From: Owenia fusiformis
Lineage: Eukaryota
DNA length: 64,000 nucleotides
Assembly (NCBI GenBank): GCA_903813345.2
Contig: CAIIXF020000001.1
Coordinates: 1,116,001 to 1,180,000, forward strand
Direction: 5' to 3'
In this document: positions 1 through 13,163 of the stretch, in pieces
Layout of the letters: each line of letters opens with the position of its first letter
Position numbering within the stretch: position 1 is the stretch's first letter
Position numbers and translations under genes: made by a program
The notes under the pieces: model-generated
The model's database searches: none
Told to the model about the DNA's origin: nothing
What the model saw: only the letters and a program-made list of their open reading frames with translations

Positions 1-850
1 AGGCAAAATTGGGTTGGTCCATATTGTTATGCGAGGTGGGTTCTTGATACATGAAACCACCCATATATCTCGTTAACTTTTTATAGTTTAGCTTTCAATG
101 TCTTGTATACATAAAGATATAATTTCATCAATCCAATCAGTTGAAACGGATCAGGGCTTTGTGCAAACAGAAACTTCTAAAGATATATGATTATTTTGAG
201 TACTATCAAGAATAGTATCGACTTATCTAATTAATTACTGAGGCTTGTATTAAATGAGCTCTAGATCTCTCAACATTATGTAAATATCTTCATACATTCC
301 CTTTAATTTACTTTTTTATATTTTAGGTTTATGGATAAAGTTTATAATAAACTATATGTGTGATAATCAGAATTGGTGAAAGTATGTTTATGTGTGATAA
401 CTTGGTATACAAGTTAAAATAAATATACGAAATTTTGAAATGTGCTTAAACTCCTACTCAATCATAACAGATGATAGAATACAGTAAACATTTGTGATAG
501 GTATCGTTGGTGGTTTTTTCTATTGACGAGTGAGGGGATAATATTAAAAGAATCTGCTGACATGATAAATTATCTAATGATTGGTAGAGACAGGATTCTT
601 ATATCAAAGTATATGTAACATTGTATATGTCATTTGAAAAATGTAATCCTATTTTCTTTACTTTATTGCTATATTTACTGTTATTGAAAATTGTATATCG
701 GATGTACGTTTGGCCCTAAAAGGGCATCAGTACTAATAAAATCATATCACTATATTTGAAAAACCTTGATGTCAATAAAAGCTAAACTGATTTTCAGCAA
801 AAATATATATCATTCGTTCGATAGAATTATAAGTCGATATTGATGTGAAG
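1..850 (+). repeat. Dispersed repeat; diverged second copy at ~14318-15005 in the same orientation
   Basis: aaattgggttggtccatattgttatgcgaggtgg...gaaacggatcagggctttgtgcaaacagaaacttc...gctaaactgattttcagcaaaaatat aligns by eye with 14321-15005, with an indel in the middle. Confidence 0.75.
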
Positions 851-857
851 TGAGGTA

Positions 858-1767
858 CAGGGTGACCCAAAAAAATGCAACCCTCCATTTCTTCAATATT
901 TTTCTTGAATGGAGGTTAATTGCTCTGAAATTTGGCACACAAGGACTTCATTCAATGTGGGATCCTCTGGCAAAGTTTCAATAATCATAGCCTTATATTG
1001 ATAGAGTTATGGTCGTTCCAAAATATGCTCCAAATGTCGTCCATTTCCAATGTTAGGTTTTCGGATGAATCACATTCCCTTCTTTCTGAACATGTAAACT
1101 CAAGAAATAATGTGTTCTGGGATCACAAATTCCAGATGAAGTGCTTCAAAGTCCCCTTCATTCTGTTAAATGCACAGCTTGGGCTGCCAATTTCCAAACA
1201 TGAAATCATCAGCCCCTTTTGGTTTGAGGTTGATAATGGCAACACTGTTACTGTTAACACACTGCGCAATATTGGCGTTCCCAGGAAGTTCTAGGCATTT
1301 CTAGAATGACATACAGTGGTTCTAGAAGTATGGAACCACTCCTCACACTTCTTATGATAGCATAGCCTGGCTCACTAGTCATTTCTATGAGAAGATTATC
1401 TCTCCTAGGATGGAGAACCCATGGTCATCTCAACGTCTTGATCTCAATGCCCCTGACTTCTATATATGGGGTTATTTAAAGGATAATGTGTATGGAAATA
1501 ACCCTACCGCAATTGCAGAGCTCCAACAAGCAATGCCTGCAAAAAGTTGAGCCATACCCATGGGGAAAAATGCATCCGTGTTATGAACAGTTTTCCTTGC
1601 ACATTGCAAGTTTGTTTTCAGCGAAATTGACGATTGGCGATTATTCAAACTTTGCCAGAGGATCCCACATTGAATGAAGTCCTTGTGTGCCAAATCTCGG
1701 AGCAATTTACTTCCATTTAAGAAAAATATTGAAGAAATGGAGGGTTGCATTTTTTTGGGTCACCCTG
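858..1767 (+). mobile_element. Defective Tc1/mariner-superfamily DNA transposon (internally deleted, DDxD type)
   Basis: ~128-bp TIRs (CAGGGTGACCCAAAAAAATGCAACCCTCC... / ...GGAGGGTTGCATTTTTTTGGGTCACCCTG) flanked by TA at 856-857 and 1768-1769. Broken transposase motifs FSDESHSLLSEHVNSRNNVFW and PWSSQRLDLNAPDFYIWGYLKDNVY on + strand. Confidence 0.92.
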
Positions 1768-3245
1768 TATTTATCTTTTATTAACCAATAGAGTCTACAT
1801 GTAGTGTCAAATCAGCACAAAATCAAATGTCCTAATTTAAATCAACGGCAATGGTTTTCAAACAACTAATGTTAATTGACATTCCTAAGGTACTTCGAAT
1901 TTTAGAATATACCCTCCTAAAGTTATTTAGAGAAAGGATGTTGTATACTAAAACCATTTCCCCGAGCAGGCTGGAGTTAAGCGAGGACTTTGTCCAGTGT
2001 TTCAATACAGCGTTGGGAAGCTTTGCAGTACAAAGTTGGTAAATCAACTATTTATCTCCTAGTTTAAAATGTCATCGTTTCTGGTGAGATTCCTAAAACT
2101 ATTTTCAAATTGCGATCAATCGTACACTTAAAATTGACATCTAAAATTAATGATTTTTTGATTGATCGTTCTTCTTTTGTCTATGTTTTTATTGGTAGTA
2201 TTTCGATTTTAATTATGTTAAGAGTGGAAAGAAAACGAAGGGTGGGTGGATGTCCAGATGGGTGGTTTTGTATATACTAGTATTCATAAATAAGTATTGT
2301 TACAATATATATTGCAAAAATATCTGAGAGAGGTCCTCTTTTCCACTTATTCCTGGTAGTATTTTACATATTTACTTTTGTCTTTCAAAAGATTTTCTTT
2401 AATATCAGAAATATGCATTTATTAGAAAATTTAAGTGAAAAAAATGAATGTGAATGTGATGGATTTAATTGGCATCATTGAAAATAAAGAATAGCATGAC
2501 CGAACTAAAATGTCGTCAAATTTTTGACCACCCTAACCGACAGGTTTTGTATATATCCTAGAACATATTTGTATAGATTGTTAGGTATACGTTTTTCAGA
2601 TTCTAGATTTTATGGTAGCTTTACCCCTCACGGGCTATAATTTGGACCCCTATGAAATTGGGCTAGAACTCCAAGAATAACCAGTGAAATGTTTTCAAAT
2701 TATGAGGATATATTGATATAAGGTAACCAATTATGTGATGACAATTTCATGTCACATGGTTTGGTGGTTGCCATGGAAACGGAAGAAATATACCCTTCAG
2801 GATCGAAAGGTTAAAATATAAATATAATTTTTTTATAATCGTAGCAACAATTTATGTAAAGATCCGTCCATAAAATCTCAGATTTGACCTTATATGGGTC
2901 AATGATTTATACAGGGGTCTATTTCACAGACTCGAATCCCCAGATTGGATGGTTGCTATAACTTTTTAGAACTTTTGGTTCTTTCCGTTTGGCACCTGTG
3001 CTTAGACATCCATGATAGTTAGAAATATATGAATAACTAACTAATATCTAATAGTACATGATAACACTTGATTTTAGGCATGGACTTCAAAAAACATGTA
3101 ATGCCTTACCCTTGATTTCAAACTGTTTGCACTATTGGTCGAAATCAATGATTCAAAATGATGGGTCGTGACCCTTGTAGAAATATGTTTGGCAATAAAA
3201 AGAATAGTATACAATCTGTCGGTATCTTACAAACAGCCGGAGAAC

Positions 3246-6200
3246 ATGATGAAGTACATTATAGCTGTGGTTGCTCTATCATGCTTTGTATCATGTACGT
3301 ATGATTATGTATTATTACTTATGTGAAAAGGGAAAGGATATTATAATTGTTATTTGTTACATAATGGTAGATTGGATTTACTTATTATAAATCAAAAACT
3401 AGACCTTAATTTGAAATTGATCACGAATGTCACATCGGCAATTATGTAATCAGATGTCTGCATCACCTTCAATCAACAGAATGTCTACAACTTCGTTTTT
3501 CTGGCATTTACAAACAAGGCTACGCCCCTGTTTACGATTGCATTTTATATGTTTATAACTAAATTATTTGGAATTCATATTCATTTATTTTCATAGTGTA
3601 GTCATTCGCAGGTGAATTATCAAAACATTAAGAAAGTCCATATTTGAAACATATACTGAGGAAAAACATTTGATACTCCCACATACATTTTGTCATCGAA
3701 ATTCTCTTCACGTTGGATTATGATTCGGGATAGTTGGGGTTTGTTTTCGTTATGACTGATGCACTTTTAGATGTTTTCGTTTTCTTGCTGTGTTATGTGA
3801 CGATGTTTATTTATTTTCCTGTTGGCACTTACGCATACATATTTCGTTGCACCATTTGTTGTTTAGTTAAGTATTAAAAGTGGTAATTGTATTGATTTCA
3901 TAAAAATCCCTCAAATTATTTTTTGGTGGTCTCGAACTCGGACACTAATTATGTTTAGCATGATTTAGGATTACCAAGGAACAGCGCTTAGAAATATACA
4001 TATTTGCAAAAGCAGAGGCTGTAGGAGTTGTACGTGTTGCACTAGTTTTGTCTGAAGTTGGGTAGGATGGGAAAAAGCAGGACAATATACTAATCGTTTA
4101 AGCCTTGACTACAGCATATACTTGCAAGATTACCAACTGCAGAGTTTCCCAAAAACAAGACCGTAGAAAAGTTGAATAGCTCGTTCAATTTTGCATATTC
4201 TGCCTTGGAATTTTAGGATTAATTAGTTCATGCAATGTGAATTTTGTTGTGAAACTTGTGATAATCTGCAAATTGAATAAAAACTGCAATTTATTACAAA
4301 ACATGCCCCAAGTTGGCACCTCTCCTCTCCATGCACAATTGTATCCAGTCGTTGATGACACTAACCTACACATATCAAATCCCCACAGATAAAAACCTTG
4401 GGAATTGAGATCTGGTGAATGAGCTGTCCATATGTTTTGCATTCTGCGACTGATCAGCTGACCACCAAAGCGTTGTCTACGTCTAAGCCATTCCAGCGTA
4501 TCAATTGCAGTGTTTGGGTGGCAACGGCTTGTTGAAACCACAGCCTTTCTCTTTGGATGCGCATTCTGGTGCCCAGTGATCTCAAAAAACTTAAGGAGAA
4601 CTTGAATAAAACAGTCATCTTCCAACCAATAGGGACTCATTATTCCATGTTTGCTCATTGCCACCCAGGTAGTACACCTTTCAGAATGCAATGGGTACCG
4701 TAAAACTTCATCAGGAGGATGTAAGCCCCAATAGCTTTTGTTCTTGGAATTAACTTGTCCATTCAAGAAGAAATGTGTGTAAGAAGATCGTCACTAACTT
4801 TGTCGTTCGCCGAATTCCATAGAGAGCAGAGGTGCCCACTTGGAGCATGTTTTGTAAATAGTTTTCGACCCAATCGGCAGATTATCATCAAACGTGCAAT
4901 TATTTTATTAAAGAATTTAATTATAAAAGCAAGCAAGTTGAATCTAAAAGTGAGAAATTGACAGTCATGATTGCTAATGTTATTGTAAACAAGCGGGCGT
5001 TAGAATTTATACAGCTAATGTACCCAATTCACCCCCTTGAAGGCAGCAATCTTGATAATACATATCTTACTTACAATATTTCTTAAGTTCCTATCAGTAC
5101 ATCCAATTGCCCCATTGACTTATTTCAATAGAATAAAAGTACATCAAGCTTGGAAAATGTGGGCCAAACTGAATTATGATAAATAAGCCTATTTTGGATA
5201 AATCTAGAACCCGAGGACAAAAAAATAAATGTGTATCTTGCAATAATATGTTTATCACCAAAGAGGCCGAATATGATATTCCTAATTGGACACCAAACAA
5301 AACATACATTGAGTATTGCTACATATTCTAGTTTCATATCATTTAGTAACAAATTTATAATTGCAATGGTTTATCTGAATTGTGTATTTTAGGCAAGGTT
5401 TCAGCCCAAGGTTTCAACTTCGTGAATTGCACCGCTAAAGAGGATGGGATTTATATGCAAGTGTCATGCACTCAATACATAGAATGTCGGGATGAGGTGG
5501 AAACAATAGTCAACTGCCCAAAAGGTCTGGTGTTTGACATCAGTGACATGCGATGTGAAGTGTAAGTAGAACGAGAATGCAGATGGATTAATAAATAGGG
5601 ATAAGTTAATGTTATATAACATAATCGTCTCAATTCGAGAACGAGGACGTATCGTATACTGTAGGTGATTATTACTGACCATAATGTACCTGGGGGTTGG
5701 ATCAAAATACATTAACAATGTAGGATTTATAGGGTCCAAACTCGATCTTCAATCTCCAAGCAATTCTAGAGTTCTTATCGTACTTTAATATCATTTATGT
5801 TGGGGTAAGGAACGCATTCATGAACTGTAAGTAAATTGGCTAGAAAAAATTCTGTTCTGCTTGGGAAACTATTACCAAGAGCGTGCACATGAAATTAAAC
5901 ATGAAATACTCCATCACATTCCTTAGATAATTTTTTAAAACCTTCATCACATTTTAAGCATGACAACGTACAGATGAAGTATACACCCTATATTTTGTCA
6001 CTGTACGTTGTCGATGTATATAACATACTTTGGAATGCAAATAGTTTGACAATATTTCAAATAATTCGCAAACGATTAAGTACATGTACAACTTTGGCGT
6101 TTTAGGTCATTGGTAATACATAACCAGGTAATGAATAAACATACACATGCACATATATATTAGTTAATGAAAAACACAAAATGAAATCCTGTGCTAAGGG

Positions 6201-6969
6201 TTGATTTGAAAAAGTCGGTCCACCCCAGTGTGGATCGACCCCACGACCCCTCACTTGCCAGGCGATTGCTCTACCACTAAGCTATATATTATATATGAAT
6301 ATATGTAAACATTTTCCAGCCGTGCGAATGTAGACCCTCCCTGTGGTGATAAGATGAACTGTACAGGTTTGACTAATGACAGGTATCCCTACTACGACCG
6401 TAACTGCACGTGGTATTATACATGTAGAAACGAAAAAATGATTGGAAACGCACAAGAGTGTATTCCAGGTAACACTCCTTCTGCAGTATCTGCCATTCAA
6501 TTTTGAAATGATTCCTTTGAAAGTGTGTGTACATTTTCTCGTTTTCATTGCTTGTTCTCTGGGTTGTTTTGGTTTCTGATACACCGTTACTAATCTCGAA
6601 TATTCAATTCGTATAAATCTGTATACCTTTTATATGATTTGTTCTAAAAAAGTGCACGTGCACATTTATTTTATATGTCCGGACTCTGTAATAATGCATA
6701 TTCTTGAGATAATATATGCATGGACAATTATATAGACAACGGTCATAATATATAAACCTCTCTGTTCCATAGATACTGTTTTCGACATTCTCCGACAGAT
6801 CTGTACAGTTCCCGAGGATGTCTGCCCTCCATGTGGCACAGGGGAAGGATTTGTGGAACCGTGTCCAACAGACGCACCGCAACATAAGGTTAAGGCAAAT
6901 ATAGACAAAATGGCCGCCCCGGAAGACGTGTCACTCTTCAGCCTGGAAGAACTTAAAGACCTGGAATAA
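3246..6969 (+). CDS. Secreted chitin-binding protein with two peritrophin-A/CBM14-like domains, 187 aa, 4 coding exons
   Basis: Exons 3246-3294, 5393-5561, 6320-6468, 6773-6969; all GT-AG, phases 1/2/1, total 564 nt. Signal peptide MMKYIIAVVALSCFVSCKVSA. Domains CTAKEDGIY..SCTQYIEC..VNCPKGLVFD..MRCE..PPCG and CTGLTNDRYP..NCTWYYTC..QECIPDTVFD..QICT..CPPCG. Confidence 0.88.
4185..4790 (-). mobile_element. Degenerate Tc1/mariner-superfamily transposase fragment in intron 1 of the chitin-binding gene
   Basis: GQVNSKNKSYWG...HSERCTTWVAMSKHGIMSPYWLED...WTAHSPDLNSQGFYLWG; same motif set as the 858-1767 element; no TIRs found. Confidence 0.8.
6222..6287 (-). mobile_element. tRNA-derived SINE head or tRNA pseudogene
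   Basis: Minus strand TAGCTTAGTGGTAGAGC (A box/D arm) ... GGGTCGATCC (degenerate B box/T arm); no clean acceptor stem. Confidence 0.6.
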
Positions 6970-7989
6970 ATTATATGAGCAACAAACACAAGACATAACA
7001 TTTGTGAAAGGATGCGTATCACTAGAAATTGATAATGTTTGTAAACTATGATGATTCAGCCTACAGTAAATTAAATTCTTCGTTCAAGCATAATGCTGGC
7101 GAACATTACCGAGATATTACTATTTTTTAGCAATTAATCCTAGAGAACGCGTAGGATTATGGTCACCAAGGATTAGTTCTTTCCATAGTTTTAACTTCCT
7201 CTTAAAAACGCATAACTAAACCTCCTTAATACCGTAGTATTGCTTCATTAGGTTGATTCATCAAAATGTATATATCACGCCTAACCATCGACAACGTACA
7301 GTGACAAAATGTACTGTCGTACACTTTAGATGTACTGTGACACTATTAACTGATTTGAAGCGAAGAATATGCTGTTGGTTTGATGTAGGTTTTAAAATTT
7401 AATGTGAGGAATAGATAAAGGATTTCATGTTTGATTTTGCATCATAACTGCACTTCCTAATTCTTCGTTATTTTCTATAATGTATAAGCATCACCTGTGG
7501 TCTGAGATACATAACTTGTGGGAAATATCGGGAACGCGATGGATCAAGAACCTCAGTAGGTATATGGAATAAGCATTTTATTACAGCCAGCCCATTATGC
7601 TTCGTGGTTTTGGATGTTTTATCCCAAAGGAATATGTGTATTCCAAAATAAATCGTTTTTTTTAGAAAATAATAATATCAAATCGTATTTTGATTTTCAA
7701 ATTACAATTTTTCAAAAAACAAGGTTAAACATACGTTGTATGTTTTAATCTAAAAGTGCAATATAGCAGAGTGCAGTACATGCTAGTCACGAATGATGTT
7801 TTCTACAATAAGAACAATTTATGAAAGTACTTGAAAACATATCTTCTGCCAATCAAGATTAATTCGAAGACGCTTACTATTATATAGTTAGGTCACATTG
7901 GTCCCGCACTTTATAACCTTATCTGCAGTACATGTTCGTCTTATCAGAATAGTTGGCTGTTTTGATTGTCAAAAGGGTGGGCAAATTAA

Positions 7990-8407
7990 GGAATAAATAA
8001 TGATAGGCCATTCAATATGGTGAAATTCAGCACGAGTTGGACAGAATGTCGTACAAAGCACGAACCGAAGGTGAGTGCATTTGTACTGACATTCTGTCCA
8101 ACGAGTGCTGAATTTCACCATATTGAATGGCCTATCATTATTTATTCCGATTCAAACATATAAAAATGAAAACATAATTCAGAGAATTGGGGATTGGAGC
8201 TACATGAGATACACCAAACTCGAGCTCGCTGTTATTTTCGCCATTCCCAGGTGTGACGTCACAATGCATATACAATACGTAGATTCCCGGATGATTGGAT
8301 AGAGCACGGTCGTGCATCTATGGAGAATTAGAGAACGTTCTATATTGGCTATGCTGCATTCTGATTGGTTGAGAAATTCGAATATAGCACGGTCATGTTT
8401 GAATTAA
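7990..8407. mobile_element. Hairpin-tipped non-autonomous element, copy 1 (Crypton-like architecture; superfamily uncertain)
   Basis: ~160-bp near-perfect palindrome 7990-8148 centred on CCGAAGG, then a body ending ...attctgattggttgagaaattcgaatatagcacggtcatgtttgaatt; second copy at 10040-10588. Confidence 0.7.
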
Positions 8408-8507
8408 TATTAACTGCCTGGGATAAAAATACCATGAATGTCATATTAATTCGTACAATTTGTTTCTTTGACGTGAAAGAACTGTCGTATTACTTTTTGT
8501 TTTACTT

Positions 8508-9038
8508 GTTATGTCACCACCCGAAAGTGGTGACATATTGATATGGTCTCCGTTTTTTGTGACGGCGGTTGGCGATCGGCGGCTGGCGGCTGGCGGTTGG
8601 CGTCTGTAACAAATTCTTAAAACTTCCAATAACGTAACAAATACTGTTTAGACTGACTTCAGTTTTTTTCAAAATCATCTCCAAGTTTTCGAAAGTTCAA
8701 ATCTGACTTTATGTATAAGATTTGACCTTCACTGAACTTTTCAAGGTAAAAAGGTCAAAAGGGTATTTTTCAACTTGCTTCAAATTGACCATTTTTTCAA
8801 AATCATCTACAAGTTATCAGAAGTTCAAATCTGACTATAGATTTGACCTTCAATGGCATTCTCAAGGTCAAAAAATATTTGACCTTCAATGACCTTCTCA
8901 AGGTCACAAAGGCATTTTTCAACTTGCTTCAAATTGAACAATTGAACAAGGCCTACGGAATTCAAATCTGACTTAAGATTGAACTTATAATATTGTGAGC
9001 AACTAGGTGGTGACATTTTGTCATGTTAATGCCTTGTT
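8508..9038 (+). mobile_element. Helentron-associated (HINE/DINE-1/pearl-like) non-autonomous element
   Basis: 5' ATGTCACCAC..GTGGTGACAT hairpin, (GGCGGCT)n microsatellite, internal repeats, 3' GGTGGTGACAT then TTGTT. Related pieces at ~31716-31801, ~39104-39213, ~47567-47600, ~57585-57660, 59652-59871. Confidence 0.7.
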
Positions 9039-9336
9039 AATCTAGATTGTGGAGAAATTTTGATAGCGCTAGATATTGAGGATAATAGTTCAAAGATAAG
9101 TTTAAAGATGACTATTATATGATATATGCTAAATATGTATCATATATCATTTTAAAGATGCATCATTTTCTAACAATATGACATGATCTGATTGAAAAAT
9201 CGTTCTTCTCTTGTGGAATTAGAGGCTAAAATTGACATCAGGGGTGTCATGAGCGACCAAAAATCAGAAAATGAAATTTCCATCCAAATTGCGGTAACAG
9301 CTGGACTCAATATGCTTGACTGAATCATTATAAAGG

Positions 9337-10030
9337 ATAGGTATCGATATGGAGAACTGAATTCAACAATGTTGTTCTCTTAAACCAATCATTGAAAACA
9401 TTCTGTAAAAAACATGGTATTTTATGTTATGTTGACTGATTGACAAGAATTTAATGCGAAAATTATTTAGAAATATTTTATATAACTGTTTTTGTTAACA
9501 TTTTTTGTTTTTTAGTGCAATTGTTTTTGCTCCTTTCAACCAATTCTTGAGAATGAAATACAATGTCTTTCCGAACCTTGTTGGAACAAAATAGCATATA
9601 CAACATGTTTTTAGACCTCTCAATATTAAAGTTATACAAAGGAATTTTTGGTTCATTTTAAAAAAGTATTCAAAAAATTAAAACAAAATCCCCCCAAAAT
9701 AGATAAAAATCAAGAAAAAACTTTTATTTCATTAACAAGATACTTTTTTAAAATCAACCAAAAATTCCTTTGTACAATTACAATATTGAGAGACCTAAAC
9801 ATGTTGTGTTTATGTCGTTTTGTTCCAATGAGGTTCGGAAAGAACAAAACAAGTGTTTGATGTGTTTTTTAAAACAATATAGATGAAAGTATGTTTATCT
9901 CTTTCAAATTATATTGTTACCATTCAGAAGATGGCCATTAAATTGACAATTTGTAAGATTTTCAGAATTTTTTGATAACTGGTTTAAGAGAAACGTGTGT
10001 TCAAAAAGTTCGCCATATCGATACCCATTC
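9337..10030. repeat. Dispersed repeat with long internal inverted arms; reverse-complement copy at ~63105-63424
   Basis: gataggtatcgatatggagaactgaattcaacaatg...ttagacctctcaatatt matches the reverse complement of 63105-63424; 9570-9660 is inverted again at 9765-9845. Confidence 0.7.
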
Positions 10031-10039
10031 TTTATTTAA

Positions 10040-10588
10040 GGAATAAATAATGATAGGCCATTCAATATGGTGAAATTCAGCACGAGTTGGACAGAATGTT
10101 GTACAAAGCACGAACCGGAGGTGAGTGCATTTGTACTAACATTCTGTCCAACGAGTGCTGAATTTCACCATATTGAATGGCCTATCATTATTTATTCCGA
10201 TTCAAACATAAAAATTGGTAAAAGCCGTGTCTGTGGAACGGGCATGAAGGAAGAATACGCATGCTGTCAAGATTCTGAAGTCGGCCTGAAAAATTTTAGA
10301 ATTTGTTTGGGCTGTTCTATTTTACTCCCCGTTTTAGATTTTATACGGTGTATGCAAACATGGGGTGTTGATAAAATAAAAATAAATAGGGAGTAAAAAA
10401 GAACAGCTATCCCCGGACAGAGCCCCAGATGTGCAGCTGAGATGTGACGTCACTCAAAACAATGCAAATTGCAGATTGAAAAGAGCATGGTCGTGCATCT
10501 ATGAAGAATTAGAGAACGTTCTATATTGGCTATGCTGCATTCTGATTGGTTGAGAAATTCGAATAGAGCACGGTCATGTTTGAATTAA
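10040..10588. mobile_element. Hairpin-tipped non-autonomous element, copy 2
   Basis: Palindrome 10040-10198 nearly identical to 7990-8148; same distal ~110 bp; different middle. Confidence 0.7.
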
Positions 10589-11399
10589 GAATAATACACA
10601 ATTAATAATTAATTCAAAAGAGATAAGCTTGATGTCAATCTTGGCCTTTTACTCAGCAGGAAAACAAAAGTTTTTCAATCGGATGGTGTCTTTGTTAGGA
10701 AATGATTAATCGCTAAACTGATCATAAAACATGGCTTGGTTTAACGGATACCATATAATTTTTGGCCCACCCTATTCATTTTGCCAATTACTTTCAAACC
10801 TACCCTTGAATGTCATTTCTAGATTCAATGAGAAAGTAATAATTTTTGAAAATTCACACTTATAACTTATAAAGCCATGCAGGAAAAAAATGCAATTTAG
10901 ACCTCCATGTAGGAAGTTTTTTTCAAAAATGCAATTTAGACCTCCAGGTTATTAATAGACTCTTAGACGTTAGCGGTGGCTTGGCCTTGGCCTGTTTCTC
11001 AATAAAGCACATCTCAATGATAAATCCTTGCCCAACTTGCAATATTCTTTAAATTATCTTTCATTGCATGCATTACTTCATTCATCTCAATCAATGGCAG
11101 ACTTGTACATGAAACTTAGTGATTTGACTTGCTCGGGATACTTCATTAACTAAAAATAATCACTCTATGACATTCTGGCTTTTATCAGGGAACGTAATGG
11201 AAAGGAAGTGAGAAAATTGCATGACAATAGCATAGACCAGAGTCTTATGGTTGAAGAAGTGCCAAGTGAACTTTTATTTTGATATGATTAGCGGCATACT
11301 AAAATTATAGCTGGAACACTGTGTTAACATCACTTACGTCATTGTCTCTCACTCTCTATCGCTGGCAGCTCATTGCATTGTTTCCTCTGCCTGAAGCAA

Positions 11400-12298
11400 C
11401 CCTATTATCACACCAAAATAGTTCTCACTGCGTTCTCGAAAACGGGCTTCAACTGTGTACGAACGGACTGGACGAACTTAGAACCGTATGGCGTCTATTT
11501 ACAAACTTCATCGAACGTATTCGAACGGGTAGGTCCTCTAGAACTTAGAACATGCTCAAATGTTCTCGTGGTCGTCACGTTCTACAATTAGAACGAGTGA
11601 TCGACTAACGACGAGTTGGACGTACAACGAACGGAACCGTCGTACTGTAGTTTTACTAGGGACGTTTTTACAACGAGTTGAACTGTCTGAGGACGTATTG
11701 AGAACGAGGTAGAACTAATTGCAAACGGGTTTAAACTGATTAAGAACGTATTAAAGGCTGCTTATGAATTATCAAAAATATAGCTATCACACCAAACAAT
11801 TAGTTGCCACTGCGTTCTTCAAAACTGGTTTTAAACTGTGTGCGAACGGAATGCACGTAGCTATGAATGAACGTAACTTTTAAAGGTCTATTTACGAACT
11901 TCATGAACGTTCTCAGACGGGAAGGTAATTTTAGAATTTGGAAATGATCCAAAATTCGATGGCGACCATACCGTTCTGTAATCAGATCGTGTGACGACGT
12001 ACTTCAAACGAGATGACCTACATGTACTAGACCAGGAACGTAATTGCCGTACTTCAACTCTACTAGGGACGCGTTATACAACGTTGTGCAGTCGGATATC
12101 AATTGCTATGCGTGTGCACACCGACATGGTGCGATCTGAACGAACTGCGAATGAGATGGACGTATTGCAGACTGTTTATGAACGAAATTGCTTATTACTT
12201 TAGACATATTTCCCGACCACAGCCAGATTTAGCCCGTTTTACAACTTTTTCGTAGGACCGGAAAGAACGGTTGAGAACTAGTTTGGTGTGATAGGGGG
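11400..12298. mobile_element. MITE with internal duplication, possibly PIF/Harbinger-like
   Basis: TATCACACCAAAATAGTTCTCA at left vs TGAGAACTAGTTTGGTGTGATAGGGGG at right; left end repeated at ~11785; TSD not clean. Confidence 0.5.
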
Positions 12299-13011
12299 TT
12301 ATGCCAGTTGTTGGCGTTGTCTCCTTTTTCCAAACTCCAAACATAGCCTTGATTACAATGGCCAATTCAAGTCTGAATGAAATAGCCATCCATAATCATG
12401 GACGTAGCCAGGGGGTGGGGTACGATGGGTGCGATCACCCCCCCCCCTCCCCATATTCCAATAAGAATAGAACCGAAAGGAAGTTGCAGCAATTTTTGTA
12501 AAAAAAAATTGCAAAACAGATCTTTAAAAAATCTTTTTTGGCTTGCTTATGCCACAATCGCATCCCCTGACTGTAAACCAAATTTTGGGGCGATTGCACC
12601 CCCTGACTGAAAGCTGGCTACTCTCCTGATGTGATAATGGTATACTCTAATGTGATGTCTAACGTTCTATCCACACTGTAAAGTGCATGTTAACTTTAAT
12701 CATTGAATTGTAATATCCTATTGGCAACGTCCTAATTAATATAGGACCAACTGGTTCAGTGTTTGAAGAGCGTCTTTATCAACTTCACAAATGGTTGGCA
12801 AATGTGGTTTCAAGGATATTTGGCAAGGAGAAATGTAGCTAAATTCAATATTGATGATATCTGTAAGACAAAATTTTAGTTCAGCTCAATGAGGAAACGA
12901 GTAACGTTAACAAGGTTTCAGTACAATAAGGCTGTTTGGTAAGGAAAATCGTAGTCTCATTTCAGTAAGGATATTGGAGACTGGAGTTCAATAAGTTTTA
13001 TATAGAGAAAA

Positions 13012-13163
13012 GTAAGGAAAAGCGTGATTTCATTTCATTAAGAATAGCGGAGTTTGGTAAGGAAAAGCGTGACTTAATTTCATTTAAGAATAGCGGAGTT
13101 TGGTAAGGAAAAGCGTGACTTCATTTCATTTAAGAATAGCGGAGTTTGGCAAGGAAAAGCGTG
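13012..13163. repeat. Minisatellite, ~46-bp unit, ~3.5 copies
   Basis: ggtaaggaaaagcgtgacttcatttcatttaagaatagcggagttt repeated; degenerate copy near 12937. Confidence 0.85.

Noticed and set aside
6222-6287. Functional tRNA gene
   Set aside because: Acceptor stem does not pair and the T-loop is degenerate; treated as SINE or pseudogene
7973-10773. One large element with AGGGTGGGC(C)AAA termini enclosing the 8-10.7 kb repeat cluster
   Set aside because: Match is short and imperfect and there is no TSD
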